Source: Anaerolineae bacterium (GTDB lineage: Bacteria > Chloroflexota > Anaerolineae > Epilineales > JAANWY01). From it: DNA of 51,710 nucleotides. Shown one piece after another: positions 8,578 to 17,298 of this stretch (position 1 is the stretch's first letter; the number at the start of each line of letters is the position of its first letter). The DNA lies in assembly GCA_046756905.1 (NCBI GenBank), contig JBHHXF010000001.1, positions 1 to 51,710 on the forward strand. The letters are read 5' to 3'. The notes below the pieces were generated by a model that saw only the letters and a program-made list of their open reading frames with translations, was not told the origin of the DNA and did not search any database. The position numbers were made by a program, and so were the translations under genes.

Positions 8578-8769
8578 GCCATCAGCGGCACCTTCGGCGA
8601 GACGACCCTCTCCGACGTCTTGCCGGAGCATTGGCGCGATGTTGAGCGCATCGTGCCGGTGGACGACGAAGGCCACTTCGTGCACGGCCACCTGCACTGG
8701 TGCTGGTTCAAGACTCCCAATGGCCGCTACGGCGGCGGGCACGGGGGTCACCGGCATGGGCAGGAATAG
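8578..8769 (+). pseudogene. 3'-terminal fragment paralogous to the last ~63 codons of CDS 181..1272
   Basis: 8578-8769 aligns base for base with 1081-1272. Roughly 85-90 percent identity by eye, with a ~70-nt nearly identical core. It encodes ..GTFGETTLSDVLPEHWRDVERIVPVDDEGHFVHGHLHWCWFKTPNGRYGGGHGGHRHGQE. Similarity ends abruptly upstream of 8578. Confidence 0.75.
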
Positions 8770-9080
8770 AAGCCAGCCGCACTTATGTCGCGGTGGAGCA
8801 TAACCCTGCCTACAGTCTCAGCGAGAAAACCCGGCCTCATTTCCGAGGCCAGGTTTTCTGCGTAGATCACGACCTGCGACATGCTGGTTTCCACATCCCC
8901 TCACCACGCCCAGGTCTTCTGCGACGCGAAGACACCTGCTGCACGCCAATCTGCATTCTTCACAGAACTTTCCGATTCGGGCCGCCGAGCCACGTATGGT
9001 TCTGTAGCGTGTTCCCGTCTATGCCCTATGAACACCAGCTTTCGGTGAAGCACCGGCCCGTCTAGCATTGAGGGAAAGAT

Positions 9081-12000
9081 ATGTGCGTCATGACGAAGAA
9101 AATCGGTCAGCATGTACTGTTTATGGGCTTCATGCTCCTGGGCTTGCTCGGCGCCGGCGGTCTGATCCAGGCTGATTCCAATCACGCCCTCACCCCTCAC
9201 CCCCCTTCCCCCTCTCCCCTCTCCCAGATTTGGGAGAGGGGAGAGGGGGTGCCGGCGCAGGCGGCGGGGGTGAGGGGTGAGGGCTCACTCCAAGTCCCCC
9301 TCACTATCCGCGACACCGCCGGCCTCTCCCACGCGGCCGAACCCGTCACGTCCGGCATCCCCCTACCCTTCGGCGCCATCTCCGACGCGAATAACCTGTG
9401 GCTGGCCGGCCCCGACGGCACCACGCCCGCCCCTGCCCAGTTCACCGTCCTCTCTCGCTGGAACGGCCTGGTCGACGACGCTACCAAAGCCATCAAGTGG
9501 ATCCTGGTGGACTTTCAGGCGGACGTACCGGCGAACGCGACGACCACTTACTACCTGCGTGGCAGTTCAGTACAACAGGCTCTCGGTAGCAGGCTGGACG
9601 GCTCGCTAGCTGGATGGCTGGATGGCTCCACGCCCCTGACAAAGGTTATCCAGCCATCTAGCCATCCAACCATCCAGCCATCTAACCGCCCAGCCATCCA
9701 AACCTCCAACCCAACTCTCACCGTCACCGACAACGGCACGCACGTCATCGTGGACACTGGCCCCCTCCGCTTCCAGGTGCGGCGAGGGCCGTTCAACCTG
9801 TTCGACGGCGCCTGGCTGGACCTGGATGGCAACAACGTGGCCGAGACCGAGGTTGTATCCCCTGGTCACGCCGGCGGTATGATCCTGACGCGCACCAACG
9901 GCAGCACGTACCTTTCCTCAGCGGATACAGCGGACACCCCACAAGTCGCAGTCGAGCGGAACGGGCCGCTGCACGCGGTGATCCGCATTGAAGGCCGGCA
10001 TACCACCGACAGCGACAACGGCACCTGGGTTAACAAGGGCGGCGGCCGGCCGGCCTTCAACTACCTGGAGTACACCGTGCGCATCCACGCCTACGCCGGC
10101 AAGCCCTGGGTGCGCGTCTCTTACTCCATCCGCTACCCGGACCGCTTCCTGGAAGGCGAATACAACTGTTGTGGCAACCCTGTCCGCCACGAGTGGGACG
10201 GCCTGCGGCTGCGCCTGCCCACGAACCTTGACAAGGAGACAAGGAGACAAGGAGACGAGCGGAAAAGTGGAAAAGTCAAAAAGGAAACAAGGAAGGGTCA
10301 AGTTGAGCTTCGCCGTCCACTTCTTCCCTTACGGACTTTTTCCCTTTTTGCTGTTTTCCCTTCCTCTCCACACCTTGTCTCAGGATCTGGCCTGACCTAC
10401 GCCCTGGGCGGCGAGGCTCCCGTCAGCGACGAGTATCCCAACAAGCTCAGCGACCCGGCGGCCGGAACCGCTGTGGTCACCGGCACCGTGCCGGCCGGCA
10501 GCAGTGCGGAGCTCTACCAGGACTCCAGCGGGGTGGTCAACTGGGACGACAGCGCCGACGGCCTGTGGGGCACCACGTTTCGGGGCTACAAAGTCTACGA
10601 CAACGGCACCGAAGTGGCCTCTGGCCTCCAGTCTGCCGGCTGGGGAAGCCTGGAAGGGCCGGCCTGGGGGGTGAGCGCGGGCGTGCGCCACTTCTGGCAG
10701 AACTTCCCCAAGGGGATCGAGCTCCACGCCGACGGCACCGTGGACATCGAGCTGTGGCCTGAACGTTTTCGGATCGACCACCGCTTCGCCGGCGGCCGCC
10801 AGAAAACCCACGAGATTCTGATCGGATTCCACACGGCCTCCCCCAGCCAACTAGCTATCCAGCGCCGTCCTGAGCCTGTCGAAGGGCCATCCAGCCATCC
10901 AGCCATCTCTCTATCGAACTCCCCCGGTTTCCTGAGCTCCTTCTCAGCCCCGCTCCACGCCACCGCCCCCAGCACCTGGTACCGCAACACCCTTGCCCTG
11001 GGCCTCATCTCCGTTGAAGGTGATCCCAACGACCCTGTGTTTAGCTATGCGGAAACAGCCGCCGACGCCGTCGTGGAGTACGCCGGCCCATCCCCAGGAA
11101 CACAGGGGGACATCTGGAAGGAGCGCTTCGACGCCGACCTCTACGGCTGGCGCAATTGGGGGGACTCGTACCGCGCCGGCTGGAAGGACGTGCGCTACTT
11201 CGGCAATAACGAGTTCGACTTCGGCTACGACCTGCTGCTCCAGTACCTGCGCCAGGCGGACCACGACCCGCGCTTCTTCGCCCTGGGCGAGTCCATGGCC
11301 CGCCACCTGCACGACATCGACGTCTACCACACCGGCGAGGACGCCATCAGCTACTCGCATGGCGTTCACAAGCATGACGCCAGCGGCATCGTGGACCACA
11401 GCCGCGAGCCCAACATGAGCCACTTCTGGGTCCGCGGCCTGCTCACCTACTACCTGCTCACCGGCGACCGCTTCGCCCTGGACGCCGCCGAGGAGACGGC
11501 CGTCTGGATGGACACCCTCATCGATGACAACACGGGAGAGCTGATGTACCACGGCGAGACCCGCTCCCAGGCCTGGCCGGCCCTGGCCCTCACCGAGCTG
11601 TGGGAAGTCACCGGCAAGGCAGAGTACCTCCAGTGGGCCCACGATCTGCTGCACGCCGAGGTGATCGAGGAGCAGGGGCTGGCCGGCGCCACCTACCCCT
11701 GTCCTGACCTGGACTGGCAAGGCGGCAAAGGAGTGCTAAATAAATCCGAGGTAGCCGTGTGGCAGAACGGCTACGTGTCCGAGGCGTTGGGGCGCTATGC
11801 CACCGCCATGCGGCTGCTGGGTGGAACCGACCCCGAAGCCGAACAGGCGCTCTTCCGCCTGCTGGACGCCATCGAGAGCTGCGGCTGGGCCACCCCCGAC
11901 AACGGCAAGTTCGTGGCCGGCGACCCGAGCAAGGACAACGTGGTCTACAACACACCCTATCAGATGCTGGCGCTGGACCGCATCTACAGTGATGGAGCCG

Positions 12001-15000
12001 GCGGCATCAGCGACTATAAAATCAGCTTCCCCATCAATCAGGTGCTCACCAACGGCTATGCCTACGGTGCTCTCCTCTCACCCAACCCGGCCGACCGCGA
12101 GCGCTACCGGCAGATGGCCTACGACACCTGGACCTGGACCATGGGACCGGAGACCCAGCCTGGCAACCCCCAGGGCTACCCCTACTACTGCTGCCCCGGC
12201 ACCCCGGCCAAGAACACCGCCTACCGGCTGCGCTTCGGCCAGGTCTACCTGTGGTTGAAACAGTTGCTGGATGCAGACAGCCAGTCCCCCGTCATCGAGA
12301 ACGTGCAGGTGGTGGATGTGACGGATAAGACAGCTACCGTCGCCTGGACGGTGAGCGGCGACGCCACCGGCTGGGTTGAGTACGGCCTGGACCAGAGCTA
12401 CGGCCGCACCTCAGACTACCCCACCACCCTGGGCAACCAGCAGGTGACGCTGACGAACCTCCAACCTGACACGACCCACCACTTCCGCATCGCCGCGAAA
12501 GACCTGGCCGGCAACACCGCCGCCACCGGCGACTTCACCTTCACCACCGAGCCCCTGGACGTAACGCCACCCACCTTCAGCAACGTCACCTTCTCGGAGC
12601 CGACCGACACCTCGGTGCGGGTGAGCTGGGACACCGACGAGCCGGCCACCACCCAGATCGAGTACGGCACCACCACGGCCTACGGCAACACCACGCCCCT
12701 GATCTCGACCCTGACCCTCACCCACACCCAGGTCATCAGCGGCCTGCTGCCGGGCACGGCGTATCATCTTCGACTGCTGGGCCAGGACCTCAACGGCAAC
12801 GCCGGCGCTTCGAGCGACTTCAGCTTCACCACCTACACTCCTGTGACCGTCACCCTGCAGGAGGGGTTAGACGGCTACGTTGGGGCGGCCGACACCACCC
12901 TGGACGGCTATGATACGCAGTACAAGCCCATGAACTTCGGGGGGCGGGACTGGTTCCGCATCTGGGACACCGGCACGCGGCGCGGCATCGTCCGCTTCGA
13001 CCTGACCGGTCTACCGGCCGAAACCGCCGGCCTCCTGCTGCTGCGCGCCGATCTGGAACTCTACGCCTTCGAGAACAACTGGTCGAGCGATACCACCGTG
13101 CGCGCCTACCGCGTGACCCGGGATTGGGTAGAGGGGGACGGCTGGTACGGCCAGGCTAGCGACGGCGCCACTTGGTACGAATGGGACTACTTCGACAACA
13201 ACGCCACATCCACCAACGACTGGGCCAGCTACGGCGGCGACTACGACACCACCAGCGATTGGGGCCACGGTTCCAACGGCATCGTGGATGAGGTCTCGGC
13301 GGCCTGGCCGGCCTGGATGCGCTGGGATGTCACGGAGTTGGCCCGCGCCTGGCTGGACGGGAGCGTGCCCAACCACGGCCTGCTGCTCATGGGCACCGAG
13401 TCGGGCAATGACCTGCGATGGCGTTCCTCGGAGCACAGCACCGTCAGCGAGCGTCCCCGGCTGGCGCTGATCTTCGGCCAGGGCGGTAGCCTGCCGGCCT
13501 CGCCCATCGTGCTGGAAAACGGCCACGTGCGTTTGAGCTTTCAGCAGCAGAGCGCCGGGAGCCAGACCTGGGGTTTGGGCCTGGAGAGTGCTACCGTCAA
13601 ATCCACGTCTTACTCCTTCGGCTTCGATCTGGATGACCTGTGGGCCATCACCCTGCGTGCCACCGACGCCACTACGACCACCCTGACCCCCAGCACCGCC
13701 AGCTCCACCCTCAACGTGGTGACGAGCACCACTGGTCTGACGCAGACGTTGACCGCTGTGTGGCAAGACGTCACCCCGGCGGGTGAGACAAGGGGACAAG
13801 GAGACAAGGAGACAAGGAGACAAGGAGACCTTCAGTATGACCGCAGACTTGCAAGCGGCAAGTCTCCTTGTCTCCCCTTCTCCCCCTCTCCTTGTCTCAA
13901 GCCGTCGGCAGTCGGCCCTGCGGTCGCCACTGCCAGCCTGACTGTCACCGCCACCGTCACTCTTGGCCCGGACGATCCATACGCCCTCTGGACCATCGCC
14001 GTGGACAACCGCTACCCCGATCAGGCCGTGTACCACGTGGACTTCCCGCGCCTGAAGATCCGGCCCGTCGGCACGCCCACCGCCAATCGAGCGGTCATCC
14101 CCTATTTCGGCGGGCGTATCATCAACGATCCCATCCACAGCTCGCTGCAACTGCTGCCGGCAGAGCCGCCGTTTTTCCAGTACCCGCACATGTTCGCGCC
14201 GCTTCAACTGTTCACCTACTTCGACACCACCGACGCCCACGCCTTGTATCTGGCCACGCACGACGGCGCCGGCTACACCAAGCATTTCGATTTCCGTTCC
14301 GATGGCCAGCGGCTACACTTCCGCGTGAGGCAATTCCCGGAGTACAACATTACGCCGGGCAACGACTACGTCAGCCCGTACCCCATGGCCCTCGGCGCGC
14401 TGGCCGGCGACTGGTACGACGCTGCGAAGCTCTACCGCGCCTGGTCGCTGCAACAGACCTGGGCCCAGCGCGGCCCCATCGCCCTCAGCGACGATTTCTC
14501 AGACAAACTGAAAGCCTCGGACGTGATGGGCGTCTGGACACCCATCACCGACACCCTCAAACCCTTCGAGGCCGTGGCTCAGGACATGGAGCGCTGGAAA
14601 GACTTCCTGGGGATCGAGCATGTCGCCGGCCTGTGGTACGGCTGGCACGGCAATGCCTTCGACACCGGCTGGCCGGAGTACGAACCGGTGGAGCCGTCCT
14701 TCAGCGATGGCGTGACTCTCACCCATAGCCTGGGCAACTACGTATGGCCCTACATCCTGCCCATAGGGTGGGACACCGCCACTGCCAGCTACACCAGCAC
14801 CCACGCCGCCGACTACGCCATGAAAGACGAGAGCGGCAACGTGCAGACCGTCACGACGCCGCCCGGCGCCACCTTCGCCATCATGGACCCCGCCACCAGC
14901 TTCTGGCAGACCTTCGTGCGTGACTGGGTGCTGGACCTGCAGACGAAGTACGACGTGGATGGCGTCTACCTGGACGTGTGGAGCGGAGGCGGCGCTGGCT

Positions 15001-17201
15001 TCGACTACGACCCCTCACATGGTCACCCCACAGGCGGCGGCAACTACATCGCCCAGGGCATGCGCACTCAGGGCCAGATGATCCGGCAGGCCGCCCGCGC
15101 CAACGATCCCGGCTTCATTATGATGAGCGAGCACCCTGGTGAGATGGTCATCGACGAACTGGAGATCGAAAACGTTGAGTACGTTGGCCCGCTCAACCCG
15201 GCTCAGTGGTGGACGATCCCCCTCTTCAACACCGTGTATCACGACTACATCACAATGTCCACGTTTGTGAACACCAGCGCCGGCCTGCCCGACGATCCGG
15301 AGACCGAGACGGCGCTGGCCTACGCCTGGGCAGTCCGTTACACCCAGGGCAACCTGCTGGCCGTGAACGGCGACGGTGCGGCCGTGTTGCAGGATCCGGT
15401 GGAGAGCACACCCAACTACGGGTCCTATCTCTTCCTTCGGGAGTTGGTACAGAGCTACGCCTATGCCCGTCCCTACCTGCGTTATGGCGAGCGGCTGCGC
15501 GACCTGCCCGTCGAGGTTGGGACCCTCCCGCCACCGAGCGCCAACGGCGTGCCTTTCACTATCGTGCCCTACGGCCCTGATCAGCCGGCGATCATGTCAT
15601 CGGTCTGGCGCTCTGTCACCGACCCTTCGACAGGCCCTTCGACGGGCTCAGGGGGGACCTCAGGGTACCGCGACAGCGTGGGGCTGGTCTTAACCAACTG
15701 GATCACCACCACCCAGGCCATCAGCTACACGTTCGACCCCGGCGAGTACGGGCTGCCGGCAACTGCTCTGGGCCTGTACCGGCTGGACGAGGCCGGCCCG
15801 CACCTGATCACCAGCTTCACTGGCCCTCTTACGCGCAGTGAGACGCTACCACGCCGCAGCGTGGTGCTGCTGATGGTGGCCCCCTGTCCTCACCCGTACG
15901 ACCTCTCGGGGAACGGCGTTGTGGATGCCGAGGACATCGCCATCGTCGCCGCCAACTGGGGCCTGCCTAATCCCGACCCCCGTGCTGATCTGAACGGCGA
16001 CGGCCACGTGGACGTGAAAGACGTGATGCGGGCCAGCGCTGCCTGGGGAGCCGTCTGCCCGATCACGCCGCCCAGCGTTGACGTCCAGATCGTCGGACCC
16101 GAGGAAGTCGTCTTCGACTGGACCACGGACCGTTGTGAGGACACCGACATCCCGGATGTGCCGGCCCGCGCCTTCCGAGATGCCCAGGGACAGGTACAGT
16201 TGATCGCTTCGCATTATGTCAATCGTCGTATGGTCGGTCCTGACCTGGACCAACTCACCCACGACTGTGGCGTGATCATGTCATCGCACTTCAACTCGGA
16301 CCCTGCCCAGTTCGACGATCACGAGTGGATCGACTCTGTCTACACCCCGGATGGCGCGACCGTCTTCGCCCTTATTCACAACGAGTACCAGGGGCACACG
16401 CACCCCGGCCAATGTCCCTCCGGCCAGTACACCAAGTGCTGGTACAATACAGTCACCCTGGCCACATCAACCGATGGGGGAGATACGTACACTCATGCTC
16501 AACCGCCCACCCACCTGGTCGCCAGTATCCCCTACGTCTATGTGCCAGACACTGGCCCCGCCGGCATCTTCAGCCCGAGCAATATCATCTACAACGCCGC
16601 CGACGGCTACTACTACGCCCTGCTCCACCTGGAGCAATACCAGGCCCAAGAGTGGGGCGCCTGCGTGATGCGCACTACCAACCTGGCCGACCCCACGTCG
16701 TGGCGCGCCTGGAACGGCACGGGCTTCAACGTGCGGTTCATCAATCCCTACACTTCGGCTGGGCTCAGTGCGGGCCTGGAGCCAAACGAGCCGCCCGAAA
16801 ATCACGTCTGCCAGCCCGTCTCTCGCAACGAGATCGCGAAAATGCACGCCAGTCTGACCTTCAACACGCATCTGGATCGCTACCTGTTGGTGGGCACGGC
16901 CGGCCTCTTCGACCCCGGCCAGGGCAAGACGGTGTGGGGCGTCTACTACTCCCTCTCGGACGACCTCATCCACTGGACCCCGCGCCAGTTGATCATGGAA
17001 GCGCCCATGACCTGGAGTTGGCAGCCGGGCGACCCCGATCCCATCGCCTATCCCGCGGTGCTAGACCCCGACAGTGAGTCGGACAACTTCGAGACCACTG
17101 GCAAGCGGATGTATCTTTACTTCACCCGCTTCCACTATGCTGACGGCCACATGACCCTGGATCGGGATCTGGTGCGGGTGCCGATGGAGTTCTCTCAGTA
17201 A
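9081..17201 (+). CDS. giant (2706 aa) secreted multidomain carbohydrate-active-like protein
   Basis: Uninterrupted 8.1-kb ORF. N-terminal signal-like segment. Two FN3-like modules (~12285-12835). DNRLRE-like module (~12840-13480; RGIVRFDL, VRAYRVTRDWVEG, NHGLLLMG). Dockerin-like repeats DLSGNGVVDAEDI / DLNGDGHVDVKDV (~15896-16050). Asp-box STDGGDTYT (~16464-16490). Large lyase/hydrolase-like regions that I cannot name precisely. Confidence 0.85.
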   Translation: MCVMTKKIGQHVLFMGFMLLGLLGAGGLIQADSNHALTPHPPSPSPLSQIWERGEGVPAQAAGVRGEGSLQVPLTIRDTAGLSHAAEPVTSGIPLPFGAISDANNLWLAGPDGTTPAPAQFTVLSRWNGLVDDATKAIKWILVDFQADVPANATTTYYLRGSSVQQALGSRLDGSLAGWLDGSTPLTKVIQPSSHPTIQPSNRPAIQTSNPTLTVTDNGTHVIVDTGPLRFQVRRGPFNLFDGAWLDLDGNNVAETEVVSPGHAGGMILTRTNGSTYLSSADTADTPQVAVERNGPLHAVIRIEGRHTTDSDNGTWVNKGGGRPAFNYLEYTVRIHAYAGKPWVRVSYSIRYPDRFLEGEYNCCGNPVRHEWDGLRLRLPTNLDKETRRQGDERKSGKVKKETRKGQVELRRPLLPLRTFSLFAVFPSSPHLVSGSGLTYALGGEAPVSDEYPNKLSDPAAGTAVVTGTVPAGSSAELYQDSSGVVNWDDSADGLWGTTFRGYKVYDNGTEVASGLQSAGWGSLEGPAWGVSAGVRHFWQNFPKGIELHADGTVDIELWPERFRIDHRFAGGRQKTHEILIGFHTASPSQLAIQRRPEPVEGPSSHPAISLSNSPGFLSSFSAPLHATAPSTWYRNTLALGLISVEGDPNDPVFSYAETAADAVVEYAGPSPGTQGDIWKERFDADLYGWRNWGDSYRAGWKDVRYFGNNEFDFGYDLLLQYLRQADHDPRFFALGESMARHLHDIDVYHTGEDAISYSHGVHKHDASGIVDHSREPNMSHFWVRGLLTYYLLTGDRFALDAAEETAVWMDTLIDDNTGELMYHGETRSQAWPALALTELWEVTGKAEYLQWAHDLLHAEVIEEQGLAGATYPCPDLDWQGGKGVLNKSEVAVWQNGYVSEALGRYATAMRLLGGTDPEAEQALFRLLDAIESCGWATPDNGKFVAGDPSKDNVVYNTPYQMLALDRIYSDGAGGISDYKISFPINQVLTNGYAYGALLSPNPADRERYRQMAYDTWTWTMGPETQPGNPQGYPYYCCPGTPAKNTAYRLRFGQVYLWLKQLLDADSQSPVIENVQVVDVTDKTATVAWTVSGDATGWVEYGLDQSYGRTSDYPTTLGNQQVTLTNLQPDTTHHFRIAAKDLAGNTAATGDFTFTTEPLDVTPPTFSNVTFSEPTDTSVRVSWDTDEPATTQIEYGTTTAYGNTTPLISTLTLTHTQVISGLLPGTAYHLRLLGQDLNGNAGASSDFSFTTYTPVTVTLQEGLDGYVGAADTTLDGYDTQYKPMNFGGRDWFRIWDTGTRRGIVRFDLTGLPAETAGLLLLRADLELYAFENNWSSDTTVRAYRVTRDWVEGDGWYGQASDGATWYEWDYFDNNATSTNDWASYGGDYDTTSDWGHGSNGIVDEVSAAWPAWMRWDVTELARAWLDGSVPNHGLLLMGTESGNDLRWRSSEHSTVSERPRLALIFGQGGSLPASPIVLENGHVRLSFQQQSAGSQTWGLGLESATVKSTSYSFGFDLDDLWAITLRATDATTTTLTPSTASSTLNVVTSTTGLTQTLTAVWQDVTPAGETRGQGDKETRRQGDLQYDRRLASGKSPCLPFSPSPCLKPSAVGPAVATASLTVTATVTLGPDDPYALWTIAVDNRYPDQAVYHVDFPRLKIRPVGTPTANRAVIPYFGGRIINDPIHSSLQLLPAEPPFFQYPHMFAPLQLFTYFDTTDAHALYLATHDGAGYTKHFDFRSDGQRLHFRVRQFPEYNITPGNDYVSPYPMALGALAGDWYDAAKLYRAWSLQQTWAQRGPIALSDDFSDKLKASDVMGVWTPITDTLKPFEAVAQDMERWKDFLGIEHVAGLWYGWHGNAFDTGWPEYEPVEPSFSDGVTLTHSLGNYVWPYILPIGWDTATASYTSTHAADYAMKDESGNVQTVTTPPGATFAIMDPATSFWQTFVRDWVLDLQTKYDVDGVYLDVWSGGGAGFDYDPSHGHPTGGGNYIAQGMRTQGQMIRQAARANDPGFIMMSEHPGEMVIDELEIENVEYVGPLNPAQWWTIPLFNTVYHDYITMSTFVNTSAGLPDDPETETALAYAWAVRYTQGNLLAVNGDGAAVLQDPVESTPNYGSYLFLRELVQSYAYARPYLRYGERLRDLPVEVGTLPPPSANGVPFTIVPYGPDQPAIMSSVWRSVTDPSTGPSTGSGGTSGYRDSVGLVLTNWITTTQAISYTFDPGEYGLPATALGLYRLDEAGPHLITSFTGPLTRSETLPRRSVVLLMVAPCPHPYDLSGNGVVDAEDIAIVAANWGLPNPDPRADLNGDGHVDVKDVMRASAAWGAVCPITPPSVDVQIVGPEEVVFDWTTDRCEDTDIPDVPARAFRDAQGQVQLIASHYVNRRMVGPDLDQLTHDCGVIMSSHFNSDPAQFDDHEWIDSVYTPDGATVFALIHNEYQGHTHPGQCPSGQYTKCWYNTVTLATSTDGGDTYTHAQPPTHLVASIPYVYVPDTGPAGIFSPSNIIYNAADGYYYALLHLEQYQAQEWGACVMRTTNLADPTSWRAWNGTGFNVRFINPYTSAGLSAGLEPNEPPENHVCQPVSRNEIAKMHASLTFNTHLDRYLLVGTAGLFDPGQGKTVWGVYYSLSDDLIHWTPRQLIMEAPMTWSWQPGDPDPIAYPAVLDPDSESDNFETTGKRMYLYFTRFHYADGHMTLDRDLVRVPMEFSQ
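9187..9283. repeat. double foldback of heptamers (CCCTCAC x2 / CCCCTCT x2 with their complements), in frame in the giant ORF
   Basis: Outer 18-bp stem 9187-9204 / 9266-9283. Inner 18-bp stem 9208-9225 / 9232-9249 with loop AGATTT. Both verified by hand. Translated as PPSPSPLSQIWERGEGVPAQAAGVRGEG. Confidence 0.9.
9605..9704. repeat. octamer foldback (CTGGATGG arm vs ATCCAGCC arm), in frame in the giant ORF
   Basis: GCTAGCTGGATGGCTGGATGGCT, then ATCCAGCCATCTAGCCATCCAACCATCCAGCCATCTAACC... Translated as LAGWLDGS...IQPSSHPTIQPSNRPAIQTSN. Confidence 0.8.
10230..10381. repeat. octamer foldback (GACAAGGA/GGAAAAGT arm vs imperfect CT-rich complement), in frame in the giant ORF
   Basis: GACAAGGA x3 then GGAAAAGT-type octamers. 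The right arm is CTTCTTCC CTTACGGA CTTTTTCC ... CCTTGTCTC. Translated as KETRRQGDERKSGKVKKETRKGQ...LFAVFPSSPHLV. Confidence 0.75.
10844..10915. repeat. ATCCAGCC-type octamer tracts flanking the word TCCTGAGCCTGTCGAAGGG, in frame in the giant ORF
   Basis: CTAGCTATCCAGC recurs at 22551-22563. GCCTGTCGAAGGG (10874-10886) recurs at 48313-48325 and as its complement at about 15628-15640. Confidence 0.7.
13785..13898. repeat. octamer foldback (GAGACAAG x5 vs GTCTCCTT-type arm) with inner hairpin AGACTTGC-AAGCG-GCAAGTCT, in frame in the giant ORF
   Basis: The span as delimited is 114 nt (38 codons). Translated as ETRGQGDKETRRQGDLQYDRRLASGKSPCLPFSPSPCL. Confidence 0.85.
15623..15665. repeat. CCCTTCGACAGGC / CCCTTCGACGGGC tandem words plus CTCAGG..CCTCAGG, in frame in the giant ORF
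   Basis: Translated as DPSTGPSTGSGGTSG. This is the complement of the GCCTGTCGAAGGG word seen at 10874 and 48313. Confidence 0.6.
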
Positions 17202-17298
17202 TGCGGGGGCTTCCTGTCCGTGCTCTTTTCCCGTTCGTGAGGAGTTGCCTGATTAGCCTGTCGGTTTGCCGACCTGCCGCGCAGGTAACCGCCACCGC

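Noticed and set aside
13011-14285. 424-aa minus-strand ORF, and other long ORFs antisense to or out of frame with the giant gene (e.g. 10944..11720, 13868..14728, 16325..17077)
   Set aside because: They have the Arg/Gly/Pro/Ala-rich composition typical of shadow frames in GC-rich coding DNA. They lie entirely inside a longer ORF that has recognisable domains, and they lack ribosome-binding sites.
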